Below are positions 7,621-16,416 of a stretch of DNA of 64,000 nucleotides, one piece after another (the stretch's first letter is position 1; each line of letters starts with the position of its first letter). A program made the position numbers and the translations under genes. This stretch comes from Thermoanaerobaculia bacterium (GTDB taxonomy: Bacteria > Acidobacteriota > Thermoanaerobaculia > Gp7-AA8). The DNA is taken from positions 5,257 through 69,256 of the forward strand of contig DATLXH010000128.1 in NCBI GenBank assembly GCA_035576005.1, written 5' to 3'. The notes beneath the pieces are model-generated. The model made no database searches and was not told where the DNA came from. It worked only from the letters and a program-made list of their open reading frames with translations.

Positions 7621-9723
7621 ATGAAGCGTTTCAATTCGGCGGCGTTCGCTGCCATTCTGTTTGTCGCGAACGTAGTAGTCGCACAGCCGCATCCAGCGCC
7701 TCCCGTAGCGAAGCGCGTTCCGAAGTCCTCGACCATTCATGGTGAAACCCGAGTGGACGATTACGGCTGGCTACGCGACAAGGCGAATCCGGAAGTCATC
7801 GCGCATCTGGAATCGGAGAACGCCTACGCGAAGGCGATGCTCGGGAAGACCGCAGGTTTCGCGGACAACCTCTACGCCGAGATGCTCGGTCGCATCAAAC
7901 AGACGGACGTCAACGTCCCGTACCGAAAGGGCGCCTGGTATTACTACTCTCGCACGGTCGAGGGGAAGCAATACCCCGTCTACGCACGAAAAAAAACAAT
8001 GGATGGCGCCGAAGAGATCATGCTCGACGTCAACAAGCTGGCAGAGGGTCAGAAATTCATGAGTGTCGACGCGCTGGAGGTCAGCGATGACGGCAACCTG
8101 CTCGCGTATTCAACCGACAACACGGGTTATCGCCAGTACCGGCTGCAGGTGAAGGATCTCCGCACCGGAAAACTTTTACCCGATACGGCAGAGAAAACGG
8201 GGTCGGTCCTCTGGGCTGCCGACAACAAGACCATCTTCTACGCCGTCGAAAATGAAGCGAAGAGGCAATCCCGTTTCTACCGCCACACCCTCGGCTCTAC
8301 GGGTGCAGACACGCTTGTTTACGAAGAGCCGGACGAGTTGTACGACCTTTATGCGGAGCGCTCGCGAAGTGGCGACGTGATCTTCATCGTCTCGGACAGT
8401 AAAACCACCAATGAAGTACGTTTCCTGATGGCTGCTGATCCAACGGCTCAGCCACGTGTCATGGCGCCGCGAAAGAATGACCTCAAGTACTATCCCGAGC
8501 ATCGCGGAGATCGGTTCTATCTCCTGACGAACGATACAGGCATCAACTATCGCGTCGTGAGCGCGCCGGTTGCGGAACCGCAGCAGTCAAACTGGACAGA
8601 GGTCGTCGCGTACCGCAAGCCGGTAAAAATCGACTCCATCCATGGCTTCCGTGACCATCTCGTCCTGCGGGTGCGCGAGAACGGTCTGAGTCACATTGAA
8701 ATCCTCGACCTGCGTGACAAAAAAACCCATCGCGTCAGTTTTCCCGAGCCCGCCTATCTGGTTGTGGCTGGATCGAATGAAGAGTTCGACACGAACCGCT
8801 TCCGCTACGCCTATCAGTCACTGGTCACGCCGGGATCCACGTATGACTACGACATGGACGAGCGGAAGTCGACGCTGCTCAAGCGCACGGACGTCCTCGG
8901 CGGATTCGACCTGGCGAATTACAAATCCGAACGGATCTTTGCTACCGCGCAGGATGGCGTCAGGGTGCCCATCGCGCTGGTTTACAAAAAAGGTGTAAAT
9001 CCCCGCGGGCGTAACCCGCTGCTTCTTTACGCATACGGCTCATACGGCTCGTCAACCCCGGACAGCTTCTCGTCGAACCGGCTCGCCTTGCTCGACCGCG
9101 GCGTCATCTTCGCAATCGCACACATTCGCGGCGGCGGTGAGATGGGTAAGGAGTGGCACGAAGCCGGCCGGATGATGACCAAGAAGAACACCTTCAGCGA
9201 CTTCATTGCCGCGGCCAGCCATCTAGTGAAAGAAAAGTACACCGCACCAGACAAGCTGGCGGCAATGGGTGGGAGCGCAGGAGGGCTGCTCATGGGCGCG
9301 GTCGTTAACATGCGCCCCGATCTGTTCAAGGCAATCGTTGCTTACGTCCCGTTCGTCGACGTGATCAATACGATGCTCGACGCGAGCATCCCGCTCACAA
9401 CGCAGGAGTACATCGAGTGGGGCAATCCGAACGAAAAGGCCGCGTACGCTTACATGAAGAGCTACGACCCTTATTCGAATATCGCGAAGACAAAGTACCC
9501 GGCAATGCTGGTGCGGACGTCACTCAACGACAGCCAGGTCGGCTACTGGGAGGCGGCGAAGTGGGTGGCAAAGCTCCGAGCGACGAAGACGGACAGGAAT
9601 CCGATCCTGTTCCGCGTCAATCTCGGCGCCGGTCATGGCGGAGCATCAGGCCGCTACGACAAGCTCAGGGATGAGGCCGCTGATTACGCGTGGCTACTCT
9701 CGCAGCTGGGGATCGCGAAGTAA
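7621..9723 (+). CDS. ptrB: oligopeptidase B / S9 prolyl-oligopeptidase family serine protease, secreted
   Basis: ATG at 7621 after a GGAGG RBS, with an N-terminal signal peptide. Beta-propeller N-domain and C-terminal catalytic GGSAGGLL (GxSxG) plus His/Asp region (GAGHGG). Confidence 0.85.
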   Translation: MKRFNSAAFAAILFVANVVVAQPHPAPPVAKRVPKSSTIHGETRVDDYGWLRDKANPEVIAHLESENAYAKAMLGKTAGFADNLYAEMLGRIKQTDVNVPYRKGAWYYYSRTVEGKQYPVYARKKTMDGAEEIMLDVNKLAEGQKFMSVDALEVSDDGNLLAYSTDNTGYRQYRLQVKDLRTGKLLPDTAEKTGSVLWAADNKTIFYAVENEAKRQSRFYRHTLGSTGADTLVYEEPDELYDLYAERSRSGDVIFIVSDSKTTNEVRFLMAADPTAQPRVMAPRKNDLKYYPEHRGDRFYLLTNDTGINYRVVSAPVAEPQQSNWTEVVAYRKPVKIDSIHGFRDHLVLRVRENGLSHIEILDLRDKKTHRVSFPEPAYLVVAGSNEEFDTNRFRYAYQSLVTPGSTYDYDMDERKSTLLKRTDVLGGFDLANYKSERIFATAQDGVRVPIALVYKKGVNPRGRNPLLLYAYGSYGSSTPDSFSSNRLALLDRGVIFAIAHIRGGGEMGKEWHEAGRMMTKKNTFSDFIAAASHLVKEKYTAPDKLAAMGGSAGGLLMGAVVNMRPDLFKAIVAYVPFVDVINTMLDASIPLTTQEYIEWGNPNEKAAYAYMKSYDPYSNIAKTKYPAMLVRTSLNDSQVGYWEAAKWVAKLRATKTDRNPILFRVNLGAGHGGASGRYDKLRDEAADYAWLLSQLGIAK

Positions 9724-9748
9724 CGTCGACTATCGGGTCAAGCGCGGC

Positions 9749-9926
9749 ACTAGTGGAGTGTATTCGATGAATTGGTACCACCTGGCTTGGTCTCGCCGCC
9801 GTGAGCTTCGTTGCGACTCCTCAGCATAGTCACCACTATTCCTGCGTCGCCGCGCCTCGCCCACGTCGCCGATCCCATCGCCATCTGGTACCAATTCATC
9901 AAATACACTCCACTCGCCGACGAATG
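9749..9926. mobile_element. ~178-bp MITE-like element with ~30-bp terminal inverted repeats (GGAGTGTATTYGATGAATTGGTACCA)
   Basis: Left TIR 9755-9780 and right TIR 9897-9922 are reverse complements (28/30). They lie in the convergent intergenic gap between ptrB and kynU. Confidence 0.5.
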
Positions 9927-9939
9927 GAGTCGGGGATTA

Positions 9940-11148
9940 TCACGTCACGATCACGTCGCGGGATGACTGGCGCATCCACCTTCGGTTGCGAAGCACGTCA
10001 TCGAGAACTCCGAACGCTATCTCGATTTCCTCATCGGTCGTATAAAAGTGCGGTGAGAAGCGGACTCCGGAGTTCGGTCGATAGTCGCAGACCACGTCCT
10101 CCGCATTGAGCTCAGCGGCAACCTCCTTCGCGTGAGGGACTGCGAAAGAGATAGAGCCTCCACGCTGGTTGGGCGAGCGTGGTGTCCGGATCTCGAATCC
10201 TCGCTCGTCGGCGAGTGCGATGATTCTCTCAGTCTGGCGGAGTGATTTGTCTCGAATTGCTTTCATCCCGCCGGAGGCTGCCTGAGCGACGATTTTAGGA
10301 CCCTCTCTGGCTGCGTAGAGTGCCGGGATGGGAGGTGTGCCGAGAGCGAAGCGTAGCGCGTCGTCGCGATAGCGCATGGGCGGGGGTTCAAAACCGAACG
10401 GATTCGCGTGCGCCATCCAGCCTGTAAAGCTGGGCTCCAGGCGTGGTCTCAACTCCGGATTGACATAGAGGAAGGCACCTCCCGGACCACCACAAAGCCA
10501 TTTGAGCACGCCTCCCACAGCAATGGGAGCGTCCCACGCCGCCACGTCGATATCCACGATTCCCGCGGACTGAAAAACGTCGAGGACGAGTGTGGCGCCA
10601 ACCTCGCGGCAACGCGTCGCGATGGGAGCGACATCGATCATGAAAGAGGACTCGAAGAGTACGTGGGAGATCGGAACGATCTGCGTGCGCTCGTCAATGG
10701 CTTCGAGGAGTTTATCGAGGTCGAACCCGAGGCCGCTTCCATCATGTGGAACGTTGACAATCTCGGCTCCGAGTCTCTGCGCGAGGCGATCGTAGATGTA
10801 CCGGACTGACGGAAATTCTCCCTCGACCATGACCACGCGGTTTCGCGGGCCGCTGTAGTCGAACGCTGAGAGCACGACCGCCTCCGCGGTGGTCACGTTC
10901 GGGAGCATGACGATCGACCCGGGAGCCGCGCCGATGAGCGGAGCGATGATGTCACCGATCTCAATCGACATCATCCACCATTGATCCCCCCACGCCCGTA
11001 CGCCGCGCGTGGCCCACATCTCGGCGTACTCAGCGAGCGCGTCGCGCGTTGCTTCAGGCATCGCTCCCAGCGAGTGGGAGACCAGATACTTGCACTGCTG
11101 AAGAATCGGGAACTGCGGTCTGAATCGAAGCAGCGGATCGGCTTCCAT
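9940..11148 (-). CDS. kynU: kynureninase
   Basis: Start MEADPLLRFRPQFP with an AAGGAG RBS 5 nt upstream (ATG at 11148). Class-V aminotransferase fold residues are conserved through to the C-terminus. Confidence 0.85.
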   Translation of the reverse strand: MEADPLLRFRPQFPILQQCKYLVSHSLGAMPEATRDALAEYAEMWATRGVRAWGDQWWMMSIEIGDIIAPLIGAAPGSIVMLPNVTTAEAVVLSAFDYSGPRNRVVMVEGEFPSVRYIYDRLAQRLGAEIVNVPHDGSGLGFDLDKLLEAIDERTQIVPISHVLFESSFMIDVAPIATRCREVGATLVLDVFQSAGIVDIDVAAWDAPIAVGGVLKWLCGGPGGAFLYVNPELRPRLEPSFTGWMAHANPFGFEPPPMRYRDDALRFALGTPPIPALYAAREGPKIVAQAASGGMKAIRDKSLRQTERIIALADERGFEIRTPRSPNQRGGSISFAVPHAKEVAAELNAEDVVCDYRPNSGVRFSPHFYTTDEEIEIAFGVLDDVLRNRRWMRQSSRDVIVT

Positions 11149-11556
11149 AAGCTCCTTGGATACTATGAAGCCGCGTAGTCTACCGTCACCGCGTCGCTTC
11201 ACGGGCGTCAGAGGGATCTGACGGCTGTTCTGCACCCAGCGGGAGGCCGGTGCGGGAGAGGTCACCTTGGAACTTGGAATGACGACGTTTGGCGAAGTGA
11301 CTCCTTCTGCACATCAGCGTTGGAACGCTCCCTCACGATCGGGTTATGAAGGCAATCGAGTTGTTTGGAACCAGGGTCGCGGCGGTGGTTCGTCGTGAGA
11401 CCGCGGCACAGGTCGTTGCCGGCGCTTGAGAACAGGCCACGCTCTGGAGAAATCACTTTGTCTGCGCCGGGAAGCATCAGCCCGCACTTTTGCTCGCTCG
11501 ACGACGCTGCCGCGCCTCTCAGAAATAACCGGTTGGGCGCTCTGTTGCGCTCGGGA

Positions 11557-11980
11557 GATGCAGGATGGCCCGGCCTTCGACGACGTTTCACCTTCGCCCT
11601 CTCCGACCCGCATGGAAGTGCTTCGCCGAGGGTTGCGGCGTCGCTGCCCGAAATGTGGAGTGGGCTCTGTGTTTCGCCGTGGTCTCGAATTTAATCAGCG
11701 GTGTCCTGTGTGTAATCTTCTCCTGCAGCGCGACTACGGCGATACGTGGGTGTTCATGGTTCTGACCGACCGCATCCCGGTCGTCGTCGGCATCGTCCTG
11801 GTATTTTTCGGTTTCCAGACGACGACATGGCTGACGGGCACTGCTTTCCTTCTGGCTCTGGTGATCCCTCTGCTCGCAACAATGCGTGAACGTCAATCGC
11901 TTGCGCTCGCGCTTGATTATCTCGTTCGGGTCTACCTTCGCGATCCGACGGACGAGATCCACGGCGGCCGGGCTCGCTGA
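11557..11980 (+). CDS. DUF983 family membrane protein (zinc-ribbon + 2 TM)
   Basis: RRCPKCGVGSVFRRGLEFNQRCPVCNL zinc ribbon followed by two hydrophobic helices. The start is ambiguous (ATG at 11557 or 11611). Confidence 0.55.
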
Positions 11981-12081
11981 AAATATCCCAGCCTTACCAG
12001 TTTCAATGAAGTCCAGCTCCGGAGTTCTCAGGCGGAGAAGTACAGCGTTCCAATCGGCCGGTCTCGACCTTCGACTGTCAA

Positions 12082-12726
12082 TCAGCGATCTGATGAAGTC
12101 GTTGTCGCATCGGATGAGGAGAGCTCAGATCTGGCGGTCACGCAGATGCCGAGGTCCCGCAGTAAACCGTCGCGGAGGCCATAGACCCATCCGTGCACGG
12201 CCAACGACTGCCCGCGAGCCCATGCGTCCCGAACCACGGAGGTCTGGGCTACATTGCGCACCTGTTCGATCACGTTGAGCTCGCACAGACGGTCATGCTG
12301 CTGTTCTTCGGTGTCCAGGTCCTCGAGCTGTGCCTGGTGTTTGTAGCGGACGTCCTGGACGTGACGAAGCCAGTTGTCGATGAGTCCGAGCTTCTGATCG
12401 CGCAATGCTGCGAGTACGCCCCCACAGCCATAGTGGCCGCAAACAATAATGTGCTGGACGCCGAGGACATCAACTCCGAACTGAATCCCTGAGAGGCAAT
12501 TGAGATCTGTGTGCGCCACGACGTTGGCGACGTTGCGATGAACGAACATCTCGCCCGGCAGCAGTCCTACAATCTGATTCGCTGGAACTCGGCTGTCCGA
12601 GCAACCGATCCAGAGGTATTGAGGCGACTGTTGAGCCGCCAGACGTTGGAAAAAATCGGGATCCTGGCGGGTGGTTTCGGCGGCCCACGCGCGATTGTTC
12701 GCGAACAGCTGATTCAAAAAACGCAT
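12082..12726 (-). CDS. can: beta-class carbonic anhydrase
   Basis: WIGCSDSRVP ... HYGCGG zinc-ligand motifs (Cys-Asp-Arg and His-x-x-Cys). Length 214 aa. Confidence 0.85.
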   Translation of the reverse strand: MRFLNQLFANNRAWAAETTRQDPDFFQRLAAQQSPQYLWIGCSDSRVPANQIVGLLPGEMFVHRNVANVVAHTDLNCLSGIQFGVDVLGVQHIIVCGHYGCGGVLAALRDQKLGLIDNWLRHVQDVRYKHQAQLEDLDTEEQQHDRLCELNVIEQVRNVAQTSVVRDAWARGQSLAVHGWVYGLRDGLLRDLGICVTARSELSSSDATTTSSDR

Positions 12727-13009
12727 GTCGAGGTCTCACGGTTGGTCGGAAGGGTGGGCCGGAATCGATTATCGCACGCCCGCCACCGCGGCTCCTCGCG
12801 CCGTTCATGGCGCGCATTTCTCACAGCATTCCCGCTATTCACTGCCGCAGGCATTGTCATCCCTGTAGCGTCGAGCGAGGGATTTCGGAGGGGGCCTTAC
12901 GCTGTAAGTCATGATTCGGAACCGTTGTTCGTGCAAGAAGCCCCCGCCCGGACCCCTCGCTCTACGCTTCTGATGACACCGGTTCACTGTCTGACGTCGT
13001 TGAGCCGCG

Positions 13010-13185
13010 AAGCGGCGTATCCCTCTCCCCGGCGGGGAGAGGGAAGCGAGCGGAGCGAAGCAGGGAGAGGGGCGTGAAAGTCTCGTCAGTCCGTCGAAAA
13101 GGGCGAGGTCTTCGTATCTCTCGCGGCCCCTCTCCCGGTCGCGTACGCGACCACCCTCTCCCCGCCGGGGAGAGGGATTCGCCCC
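13010..13185. repeat. composite REP-like element (family R), bounded by 23-bp palindromes CCCTCTCCCCGGCGGGGAGAGGG
   Basis: It shares >85% identity, in inverse orientation, with 39205-39370, 54405-54600 and 55100-55265. Confidence 0.6.
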
Positions 13186-13377
13186 TCCCATGGCGCGAGT
13201 CCCGCCGGGTGTCATCACCTCTTCATCAGCGTTCCACGCTGTTGTCGCGCTCGGGATGACACTCTGTGTGTGTTAACAGAGGTCTGTGAGAATGCGGGCT
13301 CGCACCTGCAAGCTCCTGCATCAGACTCGTTTAACTGGCTAAGGGAGTTGGCGTGTTCAGCCAGACTGCCATCTGCC

Positions 13378-14337
13378 TTACTTCGATCGCGAGTTCCAGA
13401 TTGCGCGCGAGATCTCTGCGATGAGATGGTGGGCCTTGTCGCCGTCTGCCATGCCTCGGGTGAGAATCACCAGGACGTAATGACTGGCGTCCGATGGATA
13501 AACGATCGCGGCGTCATGGCTGATTTTCGTAATCGAGCCCGTCTTGTGCGCGACACGGATTCCGGCAGGAACGCCGGCCGGAATACCGGAGTTGAACTCC
13601 TGCGCTTCGAGAATGCGCAGCATGGCATCGCTCGCCTTCTGGGAAATGGCGCCTCGTTCGGCAATTCTTCGAAGGACGAGCATCAGGTCGTAGGCCGTGA
13701 CCACATTGTTCATTCCGGCGTGATACGCCTTGTCGTCTTCGACTCCGCGAAGAACCTTGATGTCATTGGCCCCGAGCTCTTTCATCAGCGTCATCACTCG
13801 GGGAGCGCCGATGAGATCGATGAGAACGTTCGTGGCGAGATTCGAGCTTCGTACGATCATGCGGCGCATGAGCTCCTCGAGTGGGAGTGTCGAACCGATG
13901 GATTCGTAGAGTGAGGGGTCGGAGTCCTCTTTCGGATCGAGTGAGTAGCGCGATCCATCGAGGATGCTGACGAAGTCGTTTTTGACCGGCACGCCCTGGT
14001 CAAGAGCCAATGCCCCGCGGTCGACGCTCTCCATCAACCCGAGCATGACGGGCACTTTCATCGTGCTGGCTGCGTGAAATACGATTCTTTCGTTCCGGAA
14101 GAAGCTCTGTCCGCTGGCAGAGTCGTGGTACGCCACTGCGACTTCGGCGCCGTTAGAGCGGGCCAGCTGTTCGATCTGCCGGGCGAGCGACACGGGTTGG
14201 CTGCTCGCGCATCCCACCAGAACAAAGGTGAGGGTCGTACAGAAAATCCAGCTGGCGACTCTGGTCCCGCGAAGGCTCCCGACTGCGCAATATGAGGCAG
14301 GGGCGGTTGCTTCGCCGCGTATTCCGTGTGAGGCCAT
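13378..14337 (-). CDS. class A beta-lactamase-family serine hydrolase lipoprotein
   Basis: Lipobox LVGCASS. S-x-x-K (STMKV), SxN (SSN) and KTG (HKTGS) motifs are present. Confidence 0.8.
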   Translation of the reverse strand: MASHGIRGEATAPASYCAVGSLRGTRVASWIFCTTLTFVLVGCASSQPVSLARQIEQLARSNGAEVAVAYHDSASGQSFFRNERIVFHAASTMKVPVMLGLMESVDRGALALDQGVPVKNDFVSILDGSRYSLDPKEDSDPSLYESIGSTLPLEELMRRMIVRSSNLATNVLIDLIGAPRVMTLMKELGANDIKVLRGVEDDKAYHAGMNNVVTAYDLMLVLRRIAERGAISQKASDAMLRILEAQEFNSGIPAGVPAGIRVAHKTGSITKISHDAAIVYPSDASHYVLVILTRGMADGDKAHHLIAEISRAIWNSRSK

Positions 14338-14481
14338 CCTGTTCTCCGTGTGCACTCGACGTGGACTGCTGCTCAAGTGACAAAAGAATCATACCGTTCG
14401 AGACCTGAATTATGACTGCGGGTGATCGAAACGATACCGTGGAAGAAAGAGCTTCGGGCGAGCGGGGGCAGGAGGCAATTG

Positions 14482-15327
14482 ATGATTCGATTTGTCATGC
14501 AGTCAGGCCTGGCACTTTTACTCGTATTGCTCGTTGGATCTCCGGTCCGTGCACAAGCTGAGAGCGCCGCATCCAATGTCGTCACGACGCGTGAGATGGA
14601 TCGAATCAACTGGATGGAATTTCGGGACGTGGTGCCGAGCCGGATTCAGACAGTTCTGCTGCCGACCGGAACGCTGGAGCCACATGGAGTGATCAATAAC
14701 GGAGCGGATAACACGGCACCCACGGCGATGGCGCATCAGATCGCGCCTCGGCTCAACGCGATGATCGCGCCGACGCTTTCTTACGGGATGACAGGAAGTC
14801 TCGAGGCGTATCCGGGAGCATTTCAGATCACCGAGGCAGCTTACAGGCCGTTCATCAAACAACTGCTGGAAGGGCTGGCGAAAAACGGCTTTAAGAACAT
14901 CATCATTCTCAACGGTCATGGGGGCGGACAGACGGCCGTGCTCACCGCGGTGGCCGCCGAGGTTGCTTCCGAGAAACGCGTCCGAACGCTGGTGATCAAC
15001 TGGTGGTCGTTCGCGTCCGATCTTACGAAAGAGGTCTTTGGCGAAGACGGGGGACACGCCGGCTGGAACGAGACTGCGTTCGTCCAGGCCGTTGACCGCA
15101 CGCTCGTCCATCCTGACAAATACAGCCCCGATCTCGCGACCGCTTACCCTGTCCCCGGAACCTGGTCTGCGGCGCCATTTCCCTCATCGATCGGTTTGTA
15201 TCAGGCCGGTCAGGGATATCCGAAATTCGACCAGAAGAAAGCAGACGAGTATTTTCGGAAAGTGAATGACAAGGTGGCTGCCCTTGTCACCGACACGATC
15301 GCCAGATGGAATCGTGCGGGACTGTGA
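14482..15327 (+). CDS. creatininase (creatinine amidohydrolase) family protein, secreted
   Basis: ATG after an AGGAGG RBS, with a signal peptide. LLPTGTLEPHG matches the creatininase family metal-binding motif. Confidence 0.75.
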   Translation: MIRFVMQSGLALLLVLLVGSPVRAQAESAASNVVTTREMDRINWMEFRDVVPSRIQTVLLPTGTLEPHGVINNGADNTAPTAMAHQIAPRLNAMIAPTLSYGMTGSLEAYPGAFQITEAAYRPFIKQLLEGLAKNGFKNIIILNGHGGGQTAVLTAVAAEVASEKRVRTLVINWWSFASDLTKEVFGEDGGHAGWNETAFVQAVDRTLVHPDKYSPDLATAYPVPGTWSAAPFPSSIGLYQAGQGYPKFDQKKADEYFRKVNDKVAALVTDTIARWNRAGL

Positions 15328-15344
15328 TTGATCCGGAAAAAATA

Positions 15345-15372
15345 AAGGCGGGACGTTCACGTCCCGCCTTTC
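15345..15372. terminator. bidirectional intrinsic terminator hairpin
   Basis: AAAGGCGGGACGTTCACGTCCCGCCTTT is a perfect 11-bp stem flanked by A/T runs. It sits between convergent genes. Confidence 0.6.
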
Positions 15373-15393
15373 TCAAGTCAGATCAGTTCCAAA

Positions 15394-15831
15394 TCAGTCG
15401 CGATCGCGACCTTTACCGGAGCGCGTCTCATTGCCCGACAGGACGCCGTCGCCGTTGCGGTCATGAACTCTGAAAGAGTTGTCATTTCCGCGCCACTCCG
15501 CACGGGTGATTCGCCCGTCGTTGTTCGCATCCATCCCGCGAAAGCGTGAGTTGTTGCGACCTTTCATTGTGTCGCGGCCATTCCTGGCTTCAGTCTGGGA
15601 TACCCGGCCGTCGCGGTTTGTGTCGAGTCGATCGAAATTACGATCGTTGCCCTTCCATTCATCCCTGTTCACGGAGCCGTCGTTGTTACGGTCGTGTTTG
15701 TCGAACTTCTCTGCGGCCTTCGCCTCTTTTTTCGCCTGTTTCCGAGCGTCATTCTTTTTCGCCATCGCAACGGGCGCTGAAGCGAGGAGGAGTGCTAGAG
15801 CTGCAGCAGTGCCAACCATTTTTGCGTTCAT
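15394..15831 (-). CDS. secreted EF-hand calcium-binding protein (4 EF-hand loops)
   Basis: ATG with an AAGGAGA RBS, signal peptide, and four DxDxDG-type loops (DRNNDGSVNRDE, DTNRDGRVSQTE, DANNDGRITRAE, DRNGDGVLSGNE). Confidence 0.75.
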   Translation of the reverse strand: MNAKMVGTAAALALLLASAPVAMAKKNDARKQAKKEAKAAEKFDKHDRNNDGSVNRDEWKGNDRNFDRLDTNRDGRVSQTEARNGRDTMKGRNNSRFRGMDANNDGRITRAEWRGNDNSFRVHDRNGDGVLSGNETRSGKGRDRD

Positions 15832-16043
15832 AGAGGTCTCCTTTCGTACGTCTTGTGTCATTGCGTCGATGGTGCCAGAAATTGTGTTGGGATAACTCAT
15901 TGATAAAAGGACGCTTACTGGAAACCCTGTGTTGCTGGACGCGCGAGAGTGCACTCCTGCGAGGTCAGGTCGTATCCAGCGGAGGAGCTTGATCTTTCCC
16001 CGAGGGGATGACCGAAGGATCTGCAAGATGACGGTGTCATTAG

Positions 16044-16326
16044 CCTTTTCTCACAGACCTTCGCCGCGAGGTGGCTGAGAGCGGCCTGGATGCGAGGCGC
16101 ACGACGGCTTCGCGACGAGAGCATAGCTGACACTGTGTTGAGAGCAACCGGGGCGGGTGTAGGGACGCAGGGCCTGCGTCCGGCACCCAGACATTCGCAT
16201 CAGGAATTCTGCATCCCGGCATGAACGCTCGTCCAAAGCGATGGCCGAGGACAATCTTCTCGGTCAGGGACAGGGTACCGGACGCACGCGGTGCGTCCCT
16301 ACGCTCGCATTCCGTGAGAAATGCGG
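16044..16326. mobile_element. MITE family B (~283 bp), related termini to family A
   Basis: Termini TTTCTCACAGACCTTCGCCGCGAG ... CGCATTCCGTGAGAAATGCGG. It is ~90% identical to 23404-23681. Confidence 0.6.
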
Positions 16327-16416
16327 ATAGCGTTTGACGTTGGGCAAGAGGTTGATGAGACACCGCGTGGAAGGCGAGGCCAGTCACGACCACTTCCATT
16401 CCGGTCCTATCGAGCA

